Assembly (NCBI GenBank): GCA_030141605.1 | Contig: JAQGDQ010002404.1 | Span: 1-64,000, forward strand | From: Tubiluchus corallicola | Lineage: Eukaryota > Animalia > Priapulida | DNA: 64,000 nucleotides | Direction of reading: 5' to 3' | Shown: piece after piece, positions 20,814-29,363 of the stretch | Position numbering within the stretch: position 1 is the first letter of the stretch | Layout of the letters: each line of letters opens with the position of its first letter | Notes under the pieces: generated by a model | Database searches by the model: none | Seen by the model: only the letters and a program-made list of their open reading frames with translations | What the model was told of the DNA's origin: nothing | Position numbers and translations under genes: made by a program

Positions 20814-23216
20814 ATGGATAATGGTGTGAGAAAAGTTGGTGTTCTTCGTTTTATTATTTTGCTTCCCCTGTTTTTGGGAGCGCTGATAATTGTAGTTTTT
20901 TTTTCATGTGTCGGCCGTGGAGGGAGGAGTACCGGGCATACTGAGCCTGATGTTTATGCAGGATCGGAAAGCTGTAAAGAGTGTCATGAGGAGTTTTACC
21001 GCCTGTGGTCGACATCGCACCATGGTAAAGCGATGCAGCCGCTAGATGAGAGTTTTACTTCCGACAAGGTTCCCGAGATGAGAGAGTGGCAAGAGGTTGA
21101 GGGTGGGGAGTTTAGGATAGTGAAGCGCGAAGGGAAGTTATTATATGAGGAGCGTACCGGAGATAGTATTAACGTTTATGAGGCTGTTCATGCTATGGGT
21201 GGCAAGAATATTTTCTATTTTCTTACACCACTGGATAAGGGTAGGCTACAGGTGCTACCTTTGGCTTATGACCTTAATCGGGAAGAGTGGTACAATACCC
21301 AGGAGAGTGCTGTCAGGCACTTTGTAGAGGTAGTGGAAGATGAGGCACTACCGTGGAAGCATTATCTGTATACGTTTAATACAACTTGTCACAGCTGTCA
21401 CGTTAGCCAGCTGGAAAATAATTATGATCTGGAGTCCGGCACCTATTTTACTACATGGAGGGAACCCGGTATCAACTGTGAGGCGTGTCATGGCCCGTCA
21501 AGGGAGCATGTCGATGTTTTTCGCAATGCGAAGGATGGAGAGCATCCTGATGACTGGAAGATATTGTTGACATCAAAGTTTACAACGGAGCAGCACAATT
21601 CGACATGTTCATCATGCCATGCGAAAATGTCGCCGGTTACAGCCCATTATCAGCCGGGTGAGGAGTTTTACGATCATTTTAATCTTGTAACCCTAGACAA
21701 TATTGATTATTACCCCGACGGTCGTGATCTGGGCGAGAATTATACTTACACGAGCTGGAGTCAGAGCCCTTGTGTTCAGGCAGGAGCGGAGTTTCATTGT
21801 GTTACGTGTCACACCTCATCGGGGCGTTATCGTTTTGCCGAGGAGGACCACAATAATGCATGTATGCCGTGTCATCAAAGTAAGGTGGAGAATATAGAGG
21901 CTCATTCATACCATCCGGCAGATAGTAAGGCGGGGCAGTGTGTGGCGTGCCACATGCCAAAGACCGAGTTTGCCAGAATGGTGCGTAGCGATCACTCTAT
22001 GCGTCCGCCTATGCCTGCCGCAAGTGTTGAATTTGGTTCCCCAAACGCGTGTAATATTTGTCATGAAGGCAGAGATGCTGCTTGGGCAGACAGGGTGGTG
22101 CGTAAGCGGTATAAAAAGGATTATCAGGCTTCGGTGGTTTATGTTGGTAAGCTGATAAAGGAGGCGAGAGATAATGATTTTAGCAGGGTAGGGGAGATGC
22201 TGAGCTATATAAAAGAGAATGCAGACAAGGAGGTGTACACAGCGTCGTTAATAAGGTTGGTTGCCCGCGCTACTGATGATAGCAAGTGGGATGTTTTCAG
22301 GGATATGCTGTCTGCTGCCGAGTCGCCACTGGTTAGGATAGCTGCTGCTGAGGGGCTTGCTTCCGATTTTTCGCCGAAAAGTAAAAGTGTACTGTTAAGA
22401 GCATTAGATGACAGATATATGGCTGTGCGCATGGCTGCTATTTCATCATTAACACTTTACCCCCGAAGCTCTTTTTCACGGGCGGAGCTTTTAAAGCTTA
22501 CTCCTTGTTTTGAGGATTATGAGGAGTTGCTTACTGCACGTATTGACGAGTGGTCGGCACACTATAATCTGGGTAACTTTTATACTCAGCAGGAGCGGTT
22601 TGATGAAGCGCTGTCTGCTTACAATATTTCGGCTGGGTTAAATCCGGAAGCGGTGCCTTCATTAGTGAATGCGGGATATGTTTATGGTCTGGTTGGCGAC
22701 TACGCCACAGCAGAAAAGAGGCTTGTACAGGCTCTTGTGGTTGCTCCTGATAATGAGGCTGCAAATCTTAACTATGCCCTTTTGCTGGGTGAGCAGGGAC
22801 GCATGGGTGAGGCTGAGACTGTATATCGCAAGCTTATGGAGATAAACCCCAAGTCGGTTACTGCCGCATACAACCTTGCCGTTATTCTATCCAAACAGAA
22901 CATAGATGAGGCTCTGGTCTTTAGCGAGCTTGCTGCCCGGCATGATTCGGACAACAGTCGTTACAGCTATACATACGCCTATTTCCTTTTGCAGGCCAAT
23001 AAAGGTTTGGAGGCTGAGAAGGTATTGCTACAGCTGATAAGCGATTTTCCGGATTATGGAGACGCGTATGCGCTGCTTGCCAACTACTATCTGGAATCCG
23101 GTAGTGTAGACAAGGCAAAGAGTGTCTATACTAAAGCGTTGGAAGAGCAGAGTATTCCTGAAAGTGTAAAGCAGGCATTTGCTCGTAGCTTATTGCAGCT
23201 TAACGGTAGCAGGTAA
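20814..23216 (+). CDS. Multiheme (8 CxxCH) c-type cytochrome with HEAT and TPR repeats, probable lipoprotein
   Basis: CKECH, CHSCH, CEACH, CSSCH, CVTCH, CMPCH, CVACH and CNICH. The hydrophobic N-terminus ends in FFSC. A HEAT-like region (PLVRIAAA, AVRMAA) is followed by TPRs. Confidence 0.88.
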   Translation: MDNGVRKVGVLRFIILLPLFLGALIIVVFFSCVGRGGRSTGHTEPDVYAGSESCKECHEEFYRLWSTSHHGKAMQPLDESFTSDKVPEMREWQEVEGGEFRIVKREGKLLYEERTGDSINVYEAVHAMGGKNIFYFLTPLDKGRLQVLPLAYDLNREEWYNTQESAVRHFVEVVEDEALPWKHYLYTFNTTCHSCHVSQLENNYDLESGTYFTTWREPGINCEACHGPSREHVDVFRNAKDGEHPDDWKILLTSKFTTEQHNSTCSSCHAKMSPVTAHYQPGEEFYDHFNLVTLDNIDYYPDGRDLGENYTYTSWSQSPCVQAGAEFHCVTCHTSSGRYRFAEEDHNNACMPCHQSKVENIEAHSYHPADSKAGQCVACHMPKTEFARMVRSDHSMRPPMPAASVEFGSPNACNICHEGRDAAWADRVVRKRYKKDYQASVVYVGKLIKEARDNDFSRVGEMLSYIKENADKEVYTASLIRLVARATDDSKWDVFRDMLSAAESPLVRIAAAEGLASDFSPKSKSVLLRALDDRYMAVRMAAISSLTLYPRSSFSRAELLKLTPCFEDYEELLTARIDEWSAHYNLGNFYTQQERFDEALSAYNISAGLNPEAVPSLVNAGYVYGLVGDYATAEKRLVQALVVAPDNEAANLNYALLLGEQGRMGEAETVYRKLMEINPKSVTAAYNLAVILSKQNIDEALVFSELAARHDSDNSRYSYTYAYFLLQANKGLEAEKVLLQLISDFPDYGDAYALLANYYLESGSVDKAKSVYTKALEEQSIPESVKQAFARSLLQLNGSR

Positions 23217-23247
23217 TAACGAGCTCTTCGCAAAGTTCACGTTTTAT

Positions 23248-24585
23248 GACACTGTTTCACAAAGTGTGTAAACTAAAAAAATACCGAGGGTTTGGCTATT
23301 TATAGCTGGACCCTTTTTTCAAATATAACTAAGAACTGATTCAAGACAATGCCCCAGTTTCTGATTGGCATTGACCATTTTTTAGTTGCTTCTCTGGTTG
23401 CCAAAAATACAGATTTCATTACAGCCTGGTCTGACGGGAATGAAAGTTTGTTTTTTGTGTATTTTCTGATTTTTCCGTTGAGATTCTCAATCAGGTTGGT
23501 TGTATAAATTATCTTTATGATTTCCAGCGGAAACTCAAAGAATACGGTTAGATCTTCCCAGTTGTCTCGCCAGCTTTTAATTGCGTAAGAGTATTTATCC
23601 TCCCAAGCTGCTGCAAAATCTTCTAAAGCTGCTTTTGCAGCCTCTTTTGTATGGGCGTTATAGATTTGCTTCATATCTTTTGTAAATGCCTTTTTATCTT
23701 TCCAAACCACGTATCTGCTTGCGTTACGGATTTGATGAACAACACATATTTGTGTTTTAGATTCAGGGAAAACAGTTCGGATAGTATCTGTAAAGCCATT
23801 CAAGTTATCTGTTGCCGTAATCAGGATATCGTTAACTCCACGGGCTTTCATATCGGTAAGTACGTTCATCCAAAAGGCAGCGGACTCACTCTTGCCCAAC
23901 CATAAGCCAAGAACCTCTTTTTTCCCATCTCTGCGAAGTCCTACGGCAATGTAAACGGTTTTGTTGACGACCTTAGAGTTCTCCCGCACTTTAAATACAA
24001 TGCCATCCATCCAAACAATTAGGTATACAATTTCCAGAGGTCGGTTCTGCCACGCTACAATGTCGTTGGTGACTGAATCGGTAATCCTTGATATGGTGGA
24101 TGTAGAAACTTCAAAACCGTATAGCTCCCGAATTTGCTCTTCAATATCGCTATTACTCATTCCTTTAGCATAAAACGAAACAATGATATTCTCTAAGCCA
24201 TCGACCATGTTCCCTCCTTTGGGTACAATCATCGGATTAAACGAAGCATCACGGTCTCGGGGAACCTGAATGTTGGATTCTCCCAGAGTGGTTCGGACTC
24301 TCTTCTCTGAATAGCCATTGCGGGCATTCTGATTATTCGATTTTTGATTCTTATCATAGCCTAAATGACCATCGAGTTCTCCTTCAAGCATCTTTTCAAT
24401 GCCTCGTTTTTGGAGCTCTTGTAAAAAACCATTGAGCTCTTCCCCTGAATTAAACTGTTCAAGGAAATCATCATTTAATAAATCTTCTTTTTTCATTACT
24501 GTCTAAAGTTTTAAAATTAAACAAAAAAATGCCGAGGGTTGCAACCCTCGGCATTTTCTATTTACACAGTTTATGAGATAGTGCT
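23248..24585 (-). mobile_element. IS256-family insertion sequence copy 2 (intact), 8-bp TSD CGTTTTAT
   Basis: Same IRs as copy 1 in the opposite orientation. CGTTTTAT occurs at 23240-23247 and 24586-24593. Confidence 0.95.
23300..24496 (-). CDS. IS256-family (Mutator-like) transposase
   Basis: [36 protein letters not shown] and IYTTN.IE motifs. Confidence 0.95.
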   Translation of the reverse strand: MKKEDLLNDDFLEQFNSGEELNGFLQELQKRGIEKMLEGELDGHLGYDKNQKSNNQNARNGYSEKRVRTTLGESNIQVPRDRDASFNPMIVPKGGNMVDGLENIIVSFYAKGMSNSDIEEQIRELYGFEVSTSTISRITDSVTNDIVAWQNRPLEIVYLIVWMDGIVFKVRENSKVVNKTVYIAVGLRRDGKKEVLGLWLGKSESAAFWMNVLTDMKARGVNDILITATDNLNGFTDTIRTVFPESKTQICVVHQIRNASRYVVWKDKKAFTKDMKQIYNAHTKEAAKAALEDFAAAWEDKYSYAIKSWRDNWEDLTVFFEFPLEIIKIIYTTNLIENLNGKIRKYTKNKLSFPSDQAVMKSVFLATREATKKWSMPIRNWGIVLNQFLVIFEKRVQL

Positions 24586-24677
24586 CGTTTTATTAGCACT
24601 TTTATCAGGATTCTTTTTTAAGCCATCATTTTTGGACAGCCTCTTTGTGCGACTATTGAGCAGTGAAAAAGTTTTGA

Positions 24678-25670
24678 CTAATCGTTGACATCCTCTTCTG
24701 TATCCTGTCTGTCATCATCTGCAATTGATTCCCTCATAAAGGTGTCAGCGCCTATATTTTTGTATTTCATATAGTCCATGACACCAAGGTTGCCACTCTT
24801 AAACGCTGTTGATATTGCTAAAGGAACCTGAGCTTCCGCTTCAATTACTTTTGCGCGTGCCTCCTGAGCTTTCGCCCGCATTTCCTGCTCTAGAGCGACT
24901 GCCATTGCGCGACGTTCCTCTGCTTTTGCCTGAGCTATGTTTTTATCTGCATCTGCCTGATCCATTTGAAGGACCGCCCCTATATTTTTACCAATATCAA
25001 TATCTGCAATATCAATAGATAGTATTTCAAATGCTGTTCCTGCATCCAACCCTTTTTCTAGCACCAATTTTGATATTGAGTCGGGGTTCTCCAGCACCTC
25101 TTTGTGGGAATATGAGGATCCAATTGAGGATACGATACCTTCTCCCACTCTTGCCAAGATGGTCTCTTCTCCTGCTCCTCCGACAAGCTGCTTGATGTTT
25201 GCCCTTACTGTTACACGAGCTTTGCAAATAAGCTGTATTCCATCTTTGGCAACGGCTGTAACTGGGGGCGTGTCAATGACTTTTGGGTTTACTGACATTT
25301 GAACAGCCTGAAACACATCTCTTCCCGCCAAATCAATTGCTGTGGCCATGTTAAAAGACAAGTCAATATTGGCTTTTTCGGCGGATACGAGAGCATGAAC
25401 AACGCTTTCAACCCGTCCCCCCGCAAGGTAATGAGCCTCCAGTTGATCCCGCATTACCGCTTTCAGCCCGGCCTTATGTGCTTCTATCATCGCTCTTGTA
25501 ATAGTACCGGGAGGAACCTTCCTGAATCTCATTAGAAAAAGTTGCAGTATTGATATGTTAACTCCTGAAACAAGAGCAGAGAACCATAACCCTATCGGGA
25601 TAAGGTAAACAAACAGCATCAGGAGTACAATTATCCCTACAAAAATTCCAATAATACTTGCCATGTCCAT
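24678..25670 (-). CDS. floA: Flotillin-like protein FloA (YqfA/UPF0365)
   Basis: [46 protein letters not shown] and [12 protein letters not shown] motifs. Confidence 0.93.
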   Translation of the reverse strand: MDMASIIGIFVGIIVLLMLFVYLIPIGLWFSALVSGVNISILQLFLMRFRKVPPGTITRAMIEAHKAGLKAVMRDQLEAHYLAGGRVESVVHALVSAEKANIDLSFNMATAIDLAGRDVFQAVQMSVNPKVIDTPPVTAVAKDGIQLICKARVTVRANIKQLVGGAGEETILARVGEGIVSSIGSSYSHKEVLENPDSISKLVLEKGLDAGTAFEILSIDIADIDIGKNIGAVLQMDQADADKNIAQAKAEERRAMAVALEQEMRAKAQEARAKVIEAEAQVPLAISTAFKSGNLGVMDYMKYKNIGADTFMRESIADDDRQDTEEDVND

Positions 25671-25673
25671 AGT

Positions 25674-26150
25674 TTATCGACTTTTTATTTGTTTAATAAC
25701 TAATTGATTTTTTAGCACTTTAATTACTTTTACCCTCTCTCCTGCATCAATCAGGTTTCCGGAGGTTTTACCTTCATACACATTGTTGTCTACCAATATC
25801 TTCCCTATAGGTGCCAGCCTTGTTAATGCAACACCTCTGTCTCCCTGCTTTACAGCCTGCTTGTCTATTTGAGCTGCTTTGCCTGTAATAGCAGAGCTTA
25901 GTCTCATTTTTTTTCCCAACCTGCCTTTAAAGAAGCGGTAGAAAATGATCGGGGTTACTATTGTGACAAGAAGCAATGCAAGAACACCTCCCCATATGCC
26001 ATAGTTGACAAAAGCCAAGTATGTACTATACACAAATAATCCCCCCCCTGCAATTCCGAAAACAGTCACACCGGGAATAACCGCAAGCTCTATAATGAGT
26101 AGCACAGCTCCCAGAAGAATAAGTCCCAATATTATAACAATAGAGTTCAT
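25674..26150 (-). CDS. NfeD family membrane protein (short form)
   Basis: TM helices with E...IPG...FG plus a C-terminal OB-fold (G.ALTRLAPIG); directly upstream of floA. Confidence 0.87.
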   Translation of the reverse strand: MNSIVIILGLILLGAVLLIIELAVIPGVTVFGIAGGGLFVYSTYLAFVNYGIWGGVLALLLVTIVTPIIFYRFFKGRLGKKMRLSSAITGKAAQIDKQAVKQGDRGVALTRLAPIGKILVDNNVYEGKTSGNLIDAGERVKVIKVLKNQLVIKQIKSR

Positions 26151-26176
26151 ACAAGAAGATTAGAGTTAAAATCACA

Positions 26177-26452
26177 TCATCTAATTTCAACGTTGAGGCC
26201 GTATGCACCAAGTGCGTTCTCCATAGGGGCCAAATTCTCTTTTAACCCCTCTTTGATTATGCACTCACCCTTGTAGTGTGCAATATATGTGCATTGCGAC
26301 GCCTGAGTTGTATCGTGGTTACATACCTTTGATAATGTATTAGCTACATGGTCAAAAGTGTTATAGTTATCATTGTAGAGTACAAGATACCTGTTTCTGG
26401 GTTCAATACTTCTGTTTACTTCTTTATCACTCTTTTTTTCCTTAATAGTCAT
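26177..26452 (-). CDS. clpS: ATP-dependent Clp protease adaptor ClpS
   Basis: LVLYNDNYNTFDHV...L..VC.H...QA.QC..IAHYKG motif. Confidence 0.9.
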   Translation of the reverse strand: MTIKEKKSDKEVNRSIEPRNRYLVLYNDNYNTFDHVANTLSKVCNHDTTQASQCTYIAHYKGECIIKEGLKENLAPMENALGAYGLNVEIR

Positions 26453-26862
26453 AAATATTAATATTTAATGTTGCTTTATTACTGACTATTGCCCTATTGT
26501 CGAGGCGTTGCTGCAAGGTAGTAATAAAAAATTGTTACCCCAAATTAATTTTGTCGGTTTGTTTTAAATCAGACATTTAATTGGCGGTGATTTACTTTCA
26601 GCAGGGGTATGTGAGGCTTTGTTTAACAGAACTGAGGCTCCTGTGAGCACACTTTTTTATTAATACTATTTTTTCTTCAGATCTTTTTATTTATATCGGA
26701 ATTACGGTTGGTTCTCTCTTCATCGTTATAATCAATTTTTTTGTTTTGCAAGAGCCCCGGCTTGATTTTGCCCATCGTGGGTGTAATTTTATATTTTTGT
26801 TTATTCGAGGCTGTAAAAAGTAGTTTTTTAAACTCGGTATTAATCCCGGAGGGCAGAGTCAA

Positions 26863-28008
26863 ATGAGGTTGTGTTATAAGCGTGTATTGATTGTTGTGCA
26901 GTTTGTATTTACTGGATATGTATATGGGCAGAATGTCTCTTTTAACGGGCAGGTTGACGGATGGATAACATTGAAGCTGCACGATAGTTTTGGAGCGATG
27001 TCAGGTGCCAGGTATATACCTACTTTGGATTTTGAGTATTCCGTTTCAAAAAGTAGCCTGATTGACGTAGAGGCTTCGGCGAATATTTTTGGAGCTACGG
27101 AGTATTTTGACTGTGACTTTAGCAGTAGTGGTGATATCAGGCCGTATCGGCTATGGTGCCGTTATAGTGGCGATAGACTGGAGGTGAGGGGAGGGCTTCA
27201 GAAGATAAATTTTGGACCTGGCATGATGCTACGCCCTCTTATGTGGTTTGATCAGATTGACCCGCGTGACCCTTTGCAGATTACTGATGGGGTGTATGGA
27301 GTGCTGGCGCGTTACTATTTTATGAATAGCGCCAATGTATGGTTGTGGGGATTATACGGCAATGGTTCTGTCAAGGGGTGGGAAGTGGTGCCTTCAAAAC
27401 GCAATCGTCCTGAGGCAGGTGGTAGGATACAGGTTCCTGCCCTGTCTGGAGAGGTAGCTGTTTCGTATCACAATCGTGAGGTTGATTTTGAGAAGGTGGT
27501 GGGGGTGATTGGGCGTGGAGAGGGAAGAGTTGTTGAAAATAGGGTTGGATTGGACGGAAGGTGGGATATTGAGGGAGGGCCGGGTTTGTGGTTTGAGAGT
27601 GTTATCACAAATCAGAGTATGCCCTCCGGTTATTATCCCTGGCAGAGGCAGCTGTGTATTGGAGCTGATTACACCTTTAAGGTCGGGAATGGCCTCAATG
27701 TGGTACATGAGTTGTTGTGGGCAGATGTGTCAGGGCGGGCTTTTGGTGGTGGAGAGGGAGGATTGTTTTCCGCCCTTTTGTCAAGTTACCCGCTGGGATT
27801 GTCAGATAATATTGTGGCGATAATATACTATGACTACTCGAATAGCGGCTGGTACCGGTTTATAAATTGGCAAAAGCAGTATGATAGCATTGGTTTGCAT
27901 CTTGTACTTTACTGGAACCCCGAAAAACTCAATGTTTACGGAGCTGCCGGAAACACTGCCGCCTTTCAGGGAAGTGGGGTGCAGTTTATGCTTGTGTTTA
28001 ATCACTAA
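26863..28008 (+). CDS. Hypothetical outer-membrane beta-barrel protein
   Basis: Signal peptide, GLQKINFG....LRPLMWFD.IDPRDPL..TDGV motif, aromatic-rich strands and a C-terminal beta-signal-like end. Confidence 0.7.
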   Translation: MRLCYKRVLIVVQFVFTGYVYGQNVSFNGQVDGWITLKLHDSFGAMSGARYIPTLDFEYSVSKSSLIDVEASANIFGATEYFDCDFSSSGDIRPYRLWCRYSGDRLEVRGGLQKINFGPGMMLRPLMWFDQIDPRDPLQITDGVYGVLARYYFMNSANVWLWGLYGNGSVKGWEVVPSKRNRPEAGGRIQVPALSGEVAVSYHNREVDFEKVVGVIGRGEGRVVENRVGLDGRWDIEGGPGLWFESVITNQSMPSGYYPWQRQLCIGADYTFKVGNGLNVVHELLWADVSGRAFGGGEGGLFSALLSSYPLGLSDNIVAIIYYDYSNSGWYRFINWQKQYDSIGLHLVLYWNPEKLNVYGAAGNTAAFQGSGVQFMLVFNH

Positions 28009-28090
28009 TTTTGAGCCTGATAGCAAATGAGGCTTGGTGTGTGGTGGCGTTTCTTTTCGTTAATATTATTTTTTCTTCAACCCATTTATT

Positions 28091-28940
28091 TGTAAATCTT
28101 CAGCTTAATTCGGACAAATTGGTTTAAAAATTAAGAGAGACATTTCTTACATTATAACCGATAAAAACGAGTAAGATGAAGGCAAAAAAACAGACTACCG
28201 AACAAATGAGTTTAAAGATAAGACCACGCGTGTGCACCAGCAATGGCAAACCGATTTCACCTACTTTAAAATCATTGGATGGGGCTGGTATTATTTGGCT
28301 ACCGTAATGGACGATTATTCAAGGTATATCGTCACCTGGGAGCTTTGCCAAAGCATTGAGTCGGCCGATGCCAAGCATGTTATTCAAAAGGCTTTACATA
28401 CGGCCAAAATACCTGCAGGCGATTGTCCCAGGTTACTCTCCGGTAATGGAGCGTGCTACATATCAAACGAGTTTCAGAGCTTTTTAAAAGATACCAAAAT
28501 GGGACATGTACGTGGAGCCCCATACCACCCTCAAACACAAGGGAAAATTGAGCGTTACCACCGCACCATGAAAAATCAGGTAAAGTTGGATAACTACTAC
28601 TTTCCTGATGAACTAATGACGGTTCTACAGGAGTTTGTATATAATTACAACAACCACCGGTATCATGAATCACTCAAGAATGTTACACCTGCCGACGTGT
28701 ATTTTGGAAGGCAAAAACAGTTACTGGGCAATCGTGAAAACATTAAAATAAAAACGCTAAATGAAAGAAGAAAAAGGAATCAGAAAATCGCAGTGTATCA
28801 CTTTTGATTTATTGAAAACTCTGCGAGTTTCCAACAAGTCAACAGGTGAATTATCATCACCATAAAAAAGAGAATTTGAATTATAAAACTATCTCTTAAC
28901 TTTAAGCATCAATTTGTCCAATAAGTTTTGAAGTTAAACA
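28091..28940 (+). mobile_element. Internally deleted IS3-family element (850 bp)
   Basis: Both IRs match 4732-6290. About 711 bp of orfA/orfB are removed at the GAACAAA|TGAGTTT junction near 28206. Confidence 0.93.
28232..28807 (+). pseudogene. IS3 transposase integrase-core fragment
   Basis: The rve core is retained, but the DNA-binding region is deleted and the catalytic SDNG has changed to SGNG. Confidence 0.85.
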
Positions 28941-28942
28941 GG

Positions 28943-29343
28943 TACAAAAGAACCAAAAAATCGAGCCTTTAAGGGCATTCCTTGTTTTTCGCTGTTTTCT
29001 TGTTAAGAGCTTTTAGTAGTGGCGGTTGTGTTTCAAGGTTTTTCTTTACGTTCTTTTGTTTTGATACAAAAGAACCAAAAAATCGAGCCTTTAAGGGCAT
29101 TCCTTGTTTTTCGCTGTTTTCTTGTTAAGAGCTTTTAGTAGTGGCGGTTGTGTTTCAAGGTTTTTCTTTACGTTCTTTTGTTTTGATACAAAAGAACCAA
29201 AAAATCGAGCCTTTAAGGGCATTCCTTGTTTTTCGCTGTTTTCTTGTTAAGAGTTTTTAGTAGTGGCGGTTGTGTTTCAAGGGGAGCTTATGTTCTTTTG
29301 TTTTGATAGAAAAGAGGCAAAAAATCAAGCTTTTAAGGGCAGT
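28943..29343. repeat. 122-bp tandem repeat, about 3.3 copies, hairpin-containing
   Basis: Units start at 28943, 29065 and 29187, with a degenerate partial unit at 29307. Palindrome GTTCTTTTGT-TTTGAT-ACAAAAGAAC spans the unit junctions. Confidence 0.93.
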
Positions 29344-29363
29344 TTTATTTTTTATTGAGTTTT

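Noticed and set aside
20814-23216. NrfA nitrite reductase
   Set aside because: There is no CxxCK active-site motif, it has eight hemes plus TPRs, and no nrfH is adjacent.
16180-24585. Composite transposon that delivered recF and the cytochrome
   Set aside because: Each IS256 has its own matched TSD, the outer flanks differ, and the enclosed genes are core Bacteroidota genes.
28943-29343. CRISPR array
   Set aside because: The segments between hairpins are identical rather than unique spacers, the period is 122 bp, and no cas genes are in the window.
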